33,228 nucleotides of DNA from positions 1 through 33,228 of the IMG/VR virus record IMGVR_UViG_3300003375_000084; one strand, given 5' to 3'. The stretch comes from a virus. Its lineage: Duplodnaviria > Caudoviricetes. Positions 15,572 through 25,179 of the stretch are shown piece after piece. The notes beneath the pieces were generated by a model that was given only the letters and a program-made list of their open reading frames with translations, had not been told where the DNA came from and ran no database searches. Both the position numbers and the translations under genes were made by a program. Positions within the stretch are counted from its first letter, which is position 1; every line of letters starts with the position of its first letter.

Positions 15572-18325
15572 TTATTTAGGAACTACCATTGTACCATCAG
15601 GCATTTTATAAACTGGTTTAGTAGTCCCCGGTACATACCCCGCAAATGTACCACCTGGAGGGCCGTTCATTACGGATGGACCAGCATTAGGACCAGCGGA
15701 ACCTGAAGTACTAGGAGCAGGAGCGCTACCAACACCCGGACGAGCCGCATTTTGTTGGGTTTGCCCAGCCAACACTTTATTTCTTGCATCAATTTGGGCA
15801 ATAATATCTTGCTTTTCTTTTTCAGTATCTGCGCCATATAACTTCATGCGCAAGTCTTTTAATATAGCGTCATCTTTTTGCGCAGTATTAATTGCTTGTG
15901 CTACAGCTGCCCCACTATAGGACTTCTCATCTTGTAATGCTTGACTACGTGCAGCTGCTTTAAATTGAGCTAATTCTGCTGGAGTAAACTGAGACTCTGG
16001 TTTTCCACCCAGCATATTTTCGTAGTAAATCTTTGTAGACTCGTCTGTTTTTGCTGTTGCTTTATTAGCTGCAATATTAGCCGCAGCTAGGGCAGAACCA
16101 GCATGGATACGAGCAGCTTCAATAGTTGCATTAGCTTGAGTTTCAGACATGCCTAAATGCATGAGGCGGTCTTTCTCTTTGTTAACATCCTCAGAAGCAT
16201 TCTTAGCAATTGCAAGCTTATCTTTGTAGTCCATATTACCAACATCAAACTGAGCTTTAGCAAACGCCATTTCACTAGCTTTACGTTCTTTAACATCAGC
16301 CATATGACCTTCAATAGCAGGATTAGCGCCTTTAATATTTTCTTGCCAAAATGGTGAACGACCAATCATACCAAGACCCGCTTGAATAGTGCGCCACGCA
16401 TCTTGTTTATCGGCTTCTTGAGGAGTGCCTCTTAAATCTTGTAGAGTTTTTAAGTAATCTGCACCGGCTGTGTTTTTGCCTAGTAACTGCTCATATTGCT
16501 GGTAATTTCTAGCTAAGTCGGATTGTTGTGGTGCAGTAGTTTGTCCACTTACGCCACCTTCTGCGTCTTCCATGTCTTGTGTTTTACCTGCATCACCACC
16601 CGCACCAAACGCTACAATACCACCACCAGCTGCATTAAATGTAGTCTGGCCTGATGGGGCTGCGCCAATACCGGGGGCACGCATTTGTTGACGGAAAGCC
16701 TGTTGGCTTAGTGCTGCCTGAATAGTTTGTGGGTCTGTAGGAGGTTGGGTCTTTTGAGCTAGTTGTTGGTCTGGTAGTGCACCCAACATATAGTCTAGCT
16801 TTTGAGCAGGTACCCCGCTTGCAATACCACCTGTAGCCATCTTCTTAGTCTTAATTATGCCGCCTTTTGCAACTTTAGCAAGCTGTGCTGCACCAATTGC
16901 TGCTGTGCCCGCACCCATTAAAGTTGATGCCGTACTTGGGGCTGCCGTATAATTAGTTTGTGTAGATGATGTTGGAACGCCAGTATATAAACCTTCCAAG
17001 TTATACGCTTGCTGCATTGGGTAGTTCTGTGAATTAGCGTAGTTCTGCATAGCCTGATTAATAACAGACTGTTGGTTGGCTTGTTGCTGTGCGCCCAACT
17101 GGTTTTGTGTATTAATAATGCTTGTATCAGCTGCAAGTTGTTGCGTGCCAAGATTGCCCAAATTAGCTGCTTGTTGACCCGCACCAGTGTATCCAGCTTG
17201 CGCAGCGTTAACACCTTGAAGACCAATTTGAGCACCTTGCATACCTTGTGCTGTACCTTGCAATGCTGTATTGACACCTTGAAGACCGGTGTTTGCACCT
17301 TGAATACCAGTTTGATATAAGGAATTAGCTGCATTCATACCCTGTAAACCAATACCTGCGCCTTGCATAGCGGCTTGTTGGCCTTGAATACCTAGACCAG
17401 CACCTTGCATGCCAAGACTAGCAGCGTTCTGCATATTCTGATTAGCTACGTTATATGCTTGGTTGTATGCATTGCCAACTAGTTGGTTCTGTGCAAGCAT
17501 TTGATTCTGTTGGTTTAACCCTTGAGTAACTGCTTGACGTCCACCACCAAACGCGCCTTGTTGAGTAGCCTGTCCTTGGTTTTGCGCATTAAGCATTCCA
17601 AACTGTTGTTGTTGCAATTGCAGAGCTGGGTTTAATGTAGCTTGCAAATACGGGTTCATATACCCTTGAACGGCTTGTGCATTTTGCGCATTTTGTCCAT
17701 AACTTGCACCCTGTTGTGCACCCATAGCGCCATAGCCAGCACCACCTAAACCAGCTTGTATACCTAGTTGACCAATCCCAACTGCATTACCCGCTTGCCC
17801 TGCAGCTTGTTGACCAATACCAGCGCCCATTTGTCCATAGCCTAAACCACCCTGAGTACCGATGTTTGCTCCAGACTGACCATAACCAGCACCTAAAGTA
17901 CCGTATTGATTTGCGGTATTGGCTGTACCATATAGCCCTTGACCAGCGGCAGTAGCCATAGCTGTAGCATCACCAAACTGGCCAGGCTCTTGTAAACCTG
18001 CAGCATATTGCTGTGCTTGCTGTTGTAATGGAGAAAACCCTGCTACCGCAGCTTGAGCTGCCGCCATTTGATTTGGCCCAATACCCGCACCATTTTCACC
18101 AAACGAAGTGTATCCTTCTTGTTGCCCTAAGTTAATTGTTCCATCTGGATTAACTGTTTGGTTGGGAAACTGGTTGGCCATTTGCTGAGCAATAATGGCG
18201 GATACTCCAGGTTGTGCCCATGGGGAAATAGCGGATACAGTTTGAGTTTGGCTAGTAGGTGCAGGAGATGAAGTAGAGCCACCGCCACCGCCACCGCCAA
18301 AAATAGAATTTACTATTCCGCCCAT
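15572..18325 (-). CDS. Gly/Gln/Ala-rich DNA ejection (pilot-like) protein
   Basis: MGG..GGGGGGS N-terminus, YMNPY and GAFGGGRQ motifs, long QG heptad tract; lies just upstream of the giant protein. Confidence 0.7.
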   Translation of the reverse strand: MGGIVNSIFGGGGGGGSTSSPAPTSQTQTVSAISPWAQPGVSAIIAQQMANQFPNQTVNPDGTINLGQQEGYTSFGENGAGIGPNQMAAAQAAVAGFSPLQQQAQQYAAGLQEPGQFGDATAMATAAGQGLYGTANTANQYGTLGAGYGQSGANIGTQGGLGYGQMGAGIGQQAAGQAGNAVGIGQLGIQAGLGGAGYGAMGAQQGASYGQNAQNAQAVQGYMNPYLQATLNPALQLQQQQFGMLNAQNQGQATQQGAFGGGRQAVTQGLNQQNQMLAQNQLVGNAYNQAYNVANQNMQNAASLGMQGAGLGIQGQQAAMQGAGIGLQGMNAANSLYQTGIQGANTGLQGVNTALQGTAQGMQGAQIGLQGVNAAQAGYTGAGQQAANLGNLGTQQLAADTSIINTQNQLGAQQQANQQSVINQAMQNYANSQNYPMQQAYNLEGLYTGVPTSSTQTNYTAAPSTASTLMGAGTAAIGAAQLAKVAKGGIIKTKKMATGGIASGVPAQKLDYMLGALPDQQLAQKTQPPTDPQTIQAALSQQAFRQQMRAPGIGAAPSGQTTFNAAGGGIVAFGAGGDAGKTQDMEDAEGGVSGQTTAPQQSDLARNYQQYEQLLGKNTAGADYLKTLQDLRGTPQEADKQDAWRTIQAGLGMIGRSPFWQENIKGANPAIEGHMADVKERKASEMAFAKAQFDVGNMDYKDKLAIAKNASEDVNKEKDRLMHLGMSETQANATIEAARIHAGSALAAANIAANKATAKTDESTKIYYENMLGGKPESQFTPAELAQFKAAARSQALQDEKSYSGAAVAQAINTAQKDDAILKDLRMKLYGADTEKEKQDIIAQIDARNKVLAGQTQQNAARPGVGSAPAPSTSGSAGPNAGPSVMNGPPGGTFAGYVPGTTKPVYKMPDGTMVVPK

Positions 18326-18732
18326 AATTTTTTCTCCACCAATATTGCTTTTTTTGCAAAGCCTACACGTTTATATAATCTAGCTGCCGATTCTCTAGCA
18401 TGTGCTTGAATCTTAGTAGCCCCAAATTTTTTTAACAAGTCTTCTACTTGACCAAATACTTCTTTACCCGCAGCGCCTTTTCCAGCGGCGGATACAATTA
18501 TTGCTATTTTACCAGTTGGGGAGTTATTAAATGCAATAACATACGCCCCTTTTGCTACACCTTCTTCGTCCACTATATTTAATAGCAACCAGTTACCCAA
18601 ACCTAATTGTTGTTCCGCATCTTGTAAAGTGCAATCATCAGTAAATTGCAATGCTTCAGCAATAAAAGAACTTACCTGAGGAAAAGCCATAGGCATACAT
18701 TTAGGTCCTATAGGGCGAACTAGTAGGGTCAT
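18313..18732 (-). CDS. GNAT-fold-like protein in the virion module
   Basis: C-terminal GATKIQAHARESAARLYKRVGF resembles GNAT motif B. Position is comparable to P22 gp14. Confidence 0.55.
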   Translation of the reverse strand: MTLLVRPIGPKCMPMAFPQVSSFIAEALQFTDDCTLQDAEQQLGLGNWLLLNIVDEEGVAKGAYVIAFNNSPTGKIAIIVSAAGKGAAGKEVFGQVEDLLKKFGATKIQAHARESAARLYKRVGFAKKAILVEKKLWAE

Positions 18733-21035
18733 TTTTTACGTTTGCGAATAGTTGAACCCAAACCACCTTTTGCCGCGGGAACTGAAGTATCTACACTAGG
18801 TGTTGAAGCAGTTTTATTAGTATATTCAGAAGAACTCATAAGCGCTTGTTGTACTTGTTGTGGCGTCATGGCCCCACTGGTTAGTTGCTGTGTCCAATAC
18901 TGCATACCACCTGCATCTGGGGCGCGACCTAAAACACCATTATATGCGCTGGTTAAGTAATTCATTGCTTGAGATTGATTCATTGCACCAGTTGATGAAC
19001 CAGTAGTACCCCCCGATTGTCCCATAGCTTGACGTAATGCATTAACATGTTGGGCTTCAGAAGAACCGGAAATGGCATTAGCAACATCTTGTGGGCTTGT
19101 ACCGCTTTGAAGTTGCTTAGTCCAATAGTCCATTCCAGCTTGGTCAGGAGAACGACCCATAGCATTTAAATATTGTTGTTTTAAAAAAGTAGTATCGTTA
19201 GGTGCATATTGATTTAACATGTTGTTTCTATATGCTGCATATTGGTCGGTCATATTAGCAGGGGCTGGTTGTGCTTGCGCTGCTGCTTGTTGCATTGCCA
19301 TATTAGATGGTGTTGGCGCATTCAAAGTTAATTGGGGTGAAGCCGCTGGCACTACGGGTTGTGTGGGTAGTTGAGCATTAATAGCTGGTACAGCGCCACC
19401 ATCAGCAAACTTGGGCATATACTTGTCGGCTTTAATTTGTTTACCTTGTTTTTTAGTACCAGTACGAGCCATACGAACCTTATCCATCATCTGATAAAGT
19501 TTTTTAGCGCCAGCATCACTAGAGCCATTACCCAAGTGACTTACTACATCTGCTGGAATTACAAACTCAGAATCAGCAAGGCGAGCTGGTTGCTTGTGTC
19601 CAATCGAAGCGGGGATATCATCGCTCATGCCATCGCCTGGGCCTTTGAGCATACGACCACCATCAGAATAACTACCAAGATTACCACCTGCTGCATAGGT
19701 ATTTGATTGGGTAGCGCCCCCCGCTGCATACTGTTGCGCTTGTTGTCCTGACACCGCTGCATTAGTTGGTACACCATACATATTAGTTAAAGGCTGATAA
19801 TGGGAACCCAATACAGAATTCCATACATTAGTTTCAAATGGCGTATTTATACCTAAAGCAGCTTGTTCTGGGTTGTTTGCTATTGCTTGAATTTGATTAA
19901 TTGGCAATGTAATTAAATCTTCTAATAAGCCACCACTACCATATTTTTTAACTTTAGCAATACCGCCCATAGCCATTTTTTGCTGTCCAGTATAAGGGTC
20001 AACTAATGTATCTGTAGGTGCAGATAAAACATCGCCTGGTACTGGAGTACTTAATGCGTTTGCATATTGATTACTATGCAGTCCAGGTTGCGGGAACATT
20101 TGGTTATTCCCCGTTGCTATACCATTAAGTTGTTGCTTAATTGGGCTAGTGTTTAATTCTACAGAACCACCATCTGCATACGAACGGTTTAAGTTCATAG
20201 GAGTAGCATTGTTATATGCATAGTTTAAATTTTTAGGCGGTGCATTATTTATAGCTGTAGTACTTGGAACCCCATATTTCTTTTGTTCTTGTGCCATTTG
20301 CATAAGCGTTAATGCGCCCAAACCAGTCATAATTGGATGGTCTTTAAATACTTGGTACCATGGTTGGCCAGGAGCACTTGAATTAGGGCTTATAGTTGCA
20401 CTTTGGTCGCTTCCAGTCCACGGCTGATTGGTAGCTGGGTTTATATCACTTGCATTAGACGCACCCATTTGGTTTGCTACATTTTGTAAATCTGCGTTTA
20501 AATAAGTACTACCATTTGGTCCAACCATTTCAGTACCGTTATTAAGCAATGTACCTGGTGCCATATCAGACGTACCAGTTGGGGTAAGGTTGCTAAGTAA
20601 ATTTGGGGTAGCATTAGTACTAGCATTCATCATGCCAGATGAAATAGGGTTCATTTGCCCTGGGGCTATAGCAGAACTGCTTAAATCTGGTGCAACTGTT
20701 GACGGTGCTGCACTGGAAAGGGTTGAAGTAACCGGGGCAACTTCTGAAGTTAATGCGCTTGGTACTGCAGTAGAACTTATTACCGTACCATCCACAGCGG
20801 CAGCAGCAGGAGCCATAGCATATCCAGCACCAGCACCAACAAGAGCACCAATACCAGCGCCGCCGAGAGCGTTGTTTAAAACACTCTTTCCACTAAGTGC
20901 GCCATAGAGACCACCACCTACTGCACCAGCGCCAGCACCAATAAGACCCCCACCAATAACGGTAGCTGCGGTAGCACCTAGAGCATCTGCACCAACTGCA
21001 GTACCTACTGCAAGAGCGACATCAACGAAAGCCAT
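18729..21035 (-). CDS. Internal virion/ejection protein with repeated AxGG motifs and two DUF4214-like domains
   Basis: ATG at 21035 after GAGGAG (start moved from 21077). N-terminal glycine zipper, GPGDGMSDDIPA..LADSEFV domain, two GRxPDxxGxxYW repeats. Confidence 0.7.
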   Translation of the reverse strand: MAFVDVALAVGTAVGADALGATAATVIGGGLIGAGAGAVGGGLYGALSGKSVLNNALGGAGIGALVGAGAGYAMAPAAAAVDGTVISSTAVPSALTSEVAPVTSTLSSAAPSTVAPDLSSSAIAPGQMNPISSGMMNASTNATPNLLSNLTPTGTSDMAPGTLLNNGTEMVGPNGSTYLNADLQNVANQMGASNASDINPATNQPWTGSDQSATISPNSSAPGQPWYQVFKDHPIMTGLGALTLMQMAQEQKKYGVPSTTAINNAPPKNLNYAYNNATPMNLNRSYADGGSVELNTSPIKQQLNGIATGNNQMFPQPGLHSNQYANALSTPVPGDVLSAPTDTLVDPYTGQQKMAMGGIAKVKKYGSGGLLEDLITLPINQIQAIANNPEQAALGINTPFETNVWNSVLGSHYQPLTNMYGVPTNAAVSGQQAQQYAAGGATQSNTYAAGGNLGSYSDGGRMLKGPGDGMSDDIPASIGHKQPARLADSEFVIPADVVSHLGNGSSDAGAKKLYQMMDKVRMARTGTKKQGKQIKADKYMPKFADGGAVPAINAQLPTQPVVPAASPQLTLNAPTPSNMAMQQAAAQAQPAPANMTDQYAAYRNNMLNQYAPNDTTFLKQQYLNAMGRSPDQAGMDYWTKQLQSGTSPQDVANAISGSSEAQHVNALRQAMGQSGGTTGSSTGAMNQSQAMNYLTSAYNGVLGRAPDAGGMQYWTQQLTSGAMTPQQVQQALMSSSEYTNKTASTPSVDTSVPAAKGGLGSTIRKRKK

Positions 21036-21036
21036 A

Positions 21037-21438
21037 TTATTTCTCCTCTTCCAGCAACGGCTGGGGGTTTTCAACAAACATATTTTCTAATTTTTCAACA
21101 TCGGTTTCTTCTGTTGCATAGATATTTTGGAATACAACAGTTTCAATTATGTAAGCCACTTTTCTTCCTGGCTTAGCTACAAAGGTCATAGGCGCTACTA
21201 GCTCAGTTTTTGAACCATCTTCGTTTACAAGAATCATGCTGCCTGTTAGCATTACGCACATATGCTCAACTTTGTGGGGTTTGCCGATAATGACCGAACC
21301 AGCTGGCATAGTTACTTCTCTAATATAAAGTCCCGGACCAAAATAATGTTTTTCACTGCATTTAACTTGCGGCAAAGTTCTAAGCTCGGGTAGTAGAGCC
21401 TCTATCTTTTTGGTTATGGGGTTAGCTACTTCATTCAT
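21037..21438 (-). CDS. Cupin-fold protein
   Basis: HYFGPGLYIREVTMPAGSVIIGKPHKVEH...LTGSM..APMTF..PG double-stranded beta-helix pattern. Confidence 0.65.
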   Translation of the reverse strand: MNEVANPITKKIEALLPELRTLPQVKCSEKHYFGPGLYIREVTMPAGSVIIGKPHKVEHMCVMLTGSMILVNEDGSKTELVAPMTFVAKPGRKVAYIIETVVFQNIYATEETDVEKLENMFVENPQPLLEEEK

Positions 21439-21884
21439 AGAGTAGCTTTTAATTGAAATTTAGGAATATCAGATGCTTGAATATGGGCGCCAGCATCATG
21501 TAGTGCTTTAGCAGTAGGGCCATCGAGTAGGCTGTCGTATATAACCCGAACACCACCTTGCTTTAATTGTTGTACAAAATGGCGTACTGCTTCATCAAAT
21601 ACGTGTGGCTTATCTATAGTAAAAAAATGTACTTGCGCCATACCCTGACCCAAGGACTTAAAGCCCATTAAAGTATCTTCGTAGCGGGCTAGTTTTAAAC
21701 CATTTTGTATTTCTGCTTGTACCCCAGCCATACCTTTATCAAGGGGAATACCCTTTTTTTGTAAGTAGCGAGCAATAATTTCTGAAGATTTAGTCCCGGA
21801 ACTATCATCTTTTCCAGCCACATTTTGTGCAATTCCCAAAGCAGTGGGTAGCATATCGTTTTGTGCGCCTAAAATTCCGTTCAT
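21435..21884 (-). CDS. Hypothetical protein
   Basis: AAGGA SD, 149 aa, ATGA overlap with the downstream gene. Confidence 0.65.
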   Translation of the reverse strand: MNGILGAQNDMLPTALGIAQNVAGKDDSSGTKSSEIIARYLQKKGIPLDKGMAGVQAEIQNGLKLARYEDTLMGFKSLGQGMAQVHFFTIDKPHVFDEAVRHFVQQLKQGGVRVIYDSLLDGPTAKALHDAGAHIQASDIPKFQLKATL

Positions 21885-21893
21885 AATTGTCCT

Positions 21894-22172
21894 TTAAGTC
21901 TTAATTTTTAATACGTTGCCAGCGCTAGTATCATAGTAAATATCTCCAGTCCGAAGAGTGGATAAAGATGTCTGCGTAGGTAAAACGATATCTTGCTTAT
22001 TAGTAATTTGATTTATACTGCTCAAGTTTAACGTACTTCCTTGCAAAGGTCCATTGTTACTTACCTGTGTAAAGTAAAGTTGTAGTACTTTTAAGAGCTG
22101 GTTCATGTAGGCAACGTTGTACTCCACAGGGGGTACAGGTAGGTTTGGTGGGGTTACGTTCTGATTTGACAT
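21894..22172 (-). CDS. Small tail protein (needle/adaptor-like)
   Basis: PNLPVPP.EY then an amphipathic helix and GDIYYD..VLKIK. Directly follows the nozzle with a TAATG overlap. Role inferred from position. Confidence 0.55.
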   Translation of the reverse strand: MSNQNVTPPNLPVPPVEYNVAYMNQLLKVLQLYFTQVSNNGPLQGSTLNLSSINQITNKQDIVLPTQTSLSTLRTGDIYYDTSAGNVLKIKT

Positions 22173-24172
22173 TATCTTCTTCCGTCTGGGCGTACTTCAA
22201 GCCTAGGATTACCTAGCTGCCATTGAGTTCCAGCTTGGTTTGAGGATACCATAAGCGCCATTTGGCGTCCTCTAATACGGCAATACGCATATTGCGTAAA
22301 CTGTTGAATATTATAGGTATTTACTGAACTACTATATGGTAGTGTGCTAGTAACGGCTGGATTATCGCTAGTGCCATAAGTTGCGCCAGGGTTTTGTCTT
22401 GGTAACACCGTAAAATTAATGCTAGGAGTGCCTGATACTGAACCATTAAAGCTAACGTCAGGGATTATCCGCCATACAAATCCAAAATTAGAACCATCCC
22501 CGATATCAAAATCAGAAGACTGTATGTAAGAAGCAATAGGACTAGCTGGGTTTGTTGTACCATCATCTACACCATTTTCGTGATAAATTAAACCTGGGCT
22601 TACAGAAGTAGGTGGCGAACCTAAAGGCGCATATCCAGCAGCCATTGGATAAGTACGTAGTGGGCTATCAAACCAAGCTGTACGGGTCATAGAACCGTAG
22701 TACCAAATCTGTTCTAGATAATTGTAAATAACATAGCTATCAATATACTGGCTATTAGCAGAACAATAGAACCACCATACTTCATTAAAACCTTCGTTAG
22801 TACCCGCAAAGAATTGACCTGTTTGAGTTAAGTTAATGTTTTGGTATACATATTCACGTAAGGTACATGGTAGGGTTTGTACTACACCACCAGAATACAT
22901 ATAAAACTTATCAAGCCCCATCCAATATATGATGTTACTAGCTAAAGCTGTGGTATTAGGCCCAATAATAGAAATATTATCCATCATTAAGTTAAAGCCC
23001 CAGACGTATGGAGCACCCAAATACTGCATAGAATAAAGGGCTGAATCAGTCCAAACTACAATCTCTTGTCTGTTCTGTTTGGCAGAAATAATTTGTGAAC
23101 CGCGGCTAAGCGTAAAGTTACCTGCTTGGTTAGTGGGAAGTGGTGCCCAAGTTACAGGACTTTCTTGGTCTGACCAGCTTACTAACATAGGGTTTTGAAC
23201 CCCATCACCATAAGTATCTGTACCAAAAGCAATCGTAAACCGCGACGCATCTGATACCATAACAAAGTTAGCAACAGTAGGGCAAGAGCTATCTGTTAGC
23301 CAATATGCAGTACCGTTTTGGGTATTTGAATTGGTCTTAGATAATACTTGGGCTACGTTATATATGTTTGGGTTTGAATCTACCACCCAATAATAAAGCG
23401 GTCCACCACGGTAGTTAAATATTAAATTTTGGCCATAGTTTGCTTGGCTCCAAAGGCGTAAAGCTTCTGTAACACCAAACCCTGCTGGAGCTGGCTGCCC
23501 CCAACCAGTATTACCACCAGTAGAATTAGAACCGCCCCAGCCACCAGCACCCCAACCGTTAGCTATTGTATTGTATGCATTACCACTAGGAATTTGATAT
23601 GAAGCTTTAACTGAACCACCACCATTGCCTGTGTCACTTGAATTAGCTGCTGTTGGTACTTGAATAGAGTAAGTGGAGGACGTTAGATAAGTAACTACAA
23701 ACCCTTGGAGTCTATTTAAAATGGCTGCAGTAACGTTACCACCAAGACTTACTGCGCCACTAAATATTACATAGTCACCCGTTTGAACGCCATTACCAGA
23801 TTGAGTAACTGTAACTGTGGTAGAGCCATTAGTAGCTGCAAAAGATGCACTGGGCGAAGAAATAACTGCACGAAAAGGGGTTATATCGTATAAGTTACCG
23901 TTTTGTCCTTGTTGGATATAGAACTTTTGATTAGTACCCAAGCCGAGGTAGTTATATCCTGTAATACCGTTCCACATTAGCATAGACCTAGCTACACCAA
24001 CATAATTACCACCAGTAGAAACTTTTCCAGAATCTAGCGTCCAGCCACCTAATTTTTCAACTTGGCCGGAACGAAATCGAACCATGTTGCCTTGAAACCA
24101 ACCACCTTCATTGGCAAGGGTAGTACCTTCACGGTTAATACCTGGGCGGAATTGTAGTTTTTGTAATGGCAT
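22172..24172 (-). CDS. Tail nozzle/stabilisation protein (P22 gp10 or T7 gp12-like beta-propeller)
   Basis: MPLQKL.FRPGINRE N-terminus, Trp-rich repeats (VSWSDQE, IVVWTD, EVWWFY), C-terminal RIRGRQ..RPDGRR. Confidence 0.75.
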   Translation of the reverse strand: MPLQKLQFRPGINREGTTLANEGGWFQGNMVRFRSGQVEKLGGWTLDSGKVSTGGNYVGVARSMLMWNGITGYNYLGLGTNQKFYIQQGQNGNLYDITPFRAVISSPSASFAATNGSTTVTVTQSGNGVQTGDYVIFSGAVSLGGNVTAAILNRLQGFVVTYLTSSTYSIQVPTAANSSDTGNGGGSVKASYQIPSGNAYNTIANGWGAGGWGGSNSTGGNTGWGQPAPAGFGVTEALRLWSQANYGQNLIFNYRGGPLYYWVVDSNPNIYNVAQVLSKTNSNTQNGTAYWLTDSSCPTVANFVMVSDASRFTIAFGTDTYGDGVQNPMLVSWSDQESPVTWAPLPTNQAGNFTLSRGSQIISAKQNRQEIVVWTDSALYSMQYLGAPYVWGFNLMMDNISIIGPNTTALASNIIYWMGLDKFYMYSGGVVQTLPCTLREYVYQNINLTQTGQFFAGTNEGFNEVWWFYCSANSQYIDSYVIYNYLEQIWYYGSMTRTAWFDSPLRTYPMAAGYAPLGSPPTSVSPGLIYHENGVDDGTTNPASPIASYIQSSDFDIGDGSNFGFVWRIIPDVSFNGSVSGTPSINFTVLPRQNPGATYGTSDNPAVTSTLPYSSSVNTYNIQQFTQYAYCRIRGRQMALMVSSNQAGTQWQLGNPRLEVRPDGRR

Positions 24173-24175
24173 GGC

Positions 24176-24763
24176 TTACCCTAATACTTGTTTAGCATGG
24201 GCGATTTTAGCCTTACGATTAGCAAGACCTTCTAAACCACCATTTATACGTTTTGTCATTGTCTCATAATCACCTAAATCTGCCAATTGATTGAGGCTTT
24301 TTTTATTCCAAAACCACCCCGCAGACATAGCGGCATTTTCAGGAATAGCTAGAAGTTCTGGATAAGTTAAAGTATCAATCTTTAAGGCATTGCCACAATA
24401 AAAGTACTCATCACGCCCAGTTATCTGTATGATTCCTCTTCCTCTAAACTTATACCCATCCCCTTCTTCTCTATTACCTAGACGACCCGCATATACTTTA
24501 TTGGCTAAAAGTTGCGGTTGGTGGGCGTACTTCATAGCTGTAGGTAAATCTGGAAAACGACTAGGCCATACTTCCATTAGCCTTTCTGGACTATAGTTAA
24601 GGTTTTCTTCAAGCCGAGTAAAGTTATTGCTCTCTTCCATGCACTGACCTAAAAAAGCCGCTTTACGATTATTGGTATTAATCTCGTACTTTTGCATAAC
24701 GGCATTAAGCGGTTCAAGCCATTTACCACCAATACCAAGAGCTAATAGTTGACTTTCAATCAT
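24176..24763 (-). CDS. Endolysin, glycoside hydrolase family 19
   Basis: AAFLGQCMEES..LEENLNYS, GDGYKFRGRGIIQITGR, SAGWFW, TKRINGG. Confidence 0.92.
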   Translation of the reverse strand: MIESQLLALGIGGKWLEPLNAVMQKYEINTNNRKAAFLGQCMEESNNFTRLEENLNYSPERLMEVWPSRFPDLPTAMKYAHQPQLLANKVYAGRLGNREEGDGYKFRGRGIIQITGRDEYFYCGNALKIDTLTYPELLAIPENAAMSAGWFWNKKSLNQLADLGDYETMTKRINGGLEGLANRKAKIAHAKQVLG

Positions 24764-25179
24764 TTAATCAATCCGTTTTCTGTTGCCCATTCTTGCCACA
24801 GATTTACTTGGAGGGTTGTTTCAGCGCATTGTCCAGCAAGTATTGGGTAGGCGGTTTCTGCATCAGCTCCTTTGGGGGCTGGGGAAATGCCGGGCACTGA
24901 ACGGCTACCGGGGTTGATGTGCATCCCACCATAATAATTGCGCAAAGCAGCAAGCTTACCTTCATATTCATTTTGTATTCCTTTATTTACGAGTTCCTGC
25001 TGTGACCGAATGGATTTAATTTTTTCTTCTTGCTCTTTGGCGGTAGCTTCAACGCTTGCTTTGTATTCCACATATCTATTATTACCGATATGAAACCCAC
25101 TATAAAACACAATACACCCCAACAATACACAAGCTCCCACTTTGATGTAATTAATGTATTCATCTATAAAGCTCCACAT
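24760..25179 (-). CDS. Inner-membrane spanin (Rz-like)
   Basis: Single N-terminal TM, periplasmic coiled coil, C-terminal Cys; lies between holin and endolysin and contains an embedded lipoprotein gene. Confidence 0.8.
   Translation of the reverse strand: MWSFIDEYINYIKVGACVLLGCIVFYSGFHIGNNRYVEYKASVEATAKEQEEKIKSIRSQQELVNKGIQNEYEGKLAALRNYYGGMHINPGSRSVPGISPAPKGADAETAYPILAGQCAETTLQVNLWQEWATENGLIK
24804..24971 (-). CDS. Outer-membrane spanin lipoprotein (Rz1-like), fully embedded in the +1 frame (not in ORF track)
   Basis: Hand translation: MNMKVSLLLCAIIMVG-CTSTPVAVQCPAFPQPPKELMQKPPTQYLLDNALKQPSK (55 aa). Lipobox-like MVGC, Pro-rich mature part, AAGGA SD upstream. Confidence 0.85.
   Translation of the reverse strand: MNMKVSLLLCAIIMVGCTSTPVAVQCPAFPQPPKELMQKPPTQYLLDNALKQPSK

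Noticed and set aside
9546-15706. Many + strand ORFs of 60-95 aa opposite the giant gene, and similar shadow ORFs elsewhere
   Set aside because: Antisense shadows of long coding frames; no recognisable motifs and implausible composition.
18277-18300. GCC/ACC trinucleotide runs here and near 31350 as DNA-level repeats
   Set aside because: They simply encode poly-glycine tracts.
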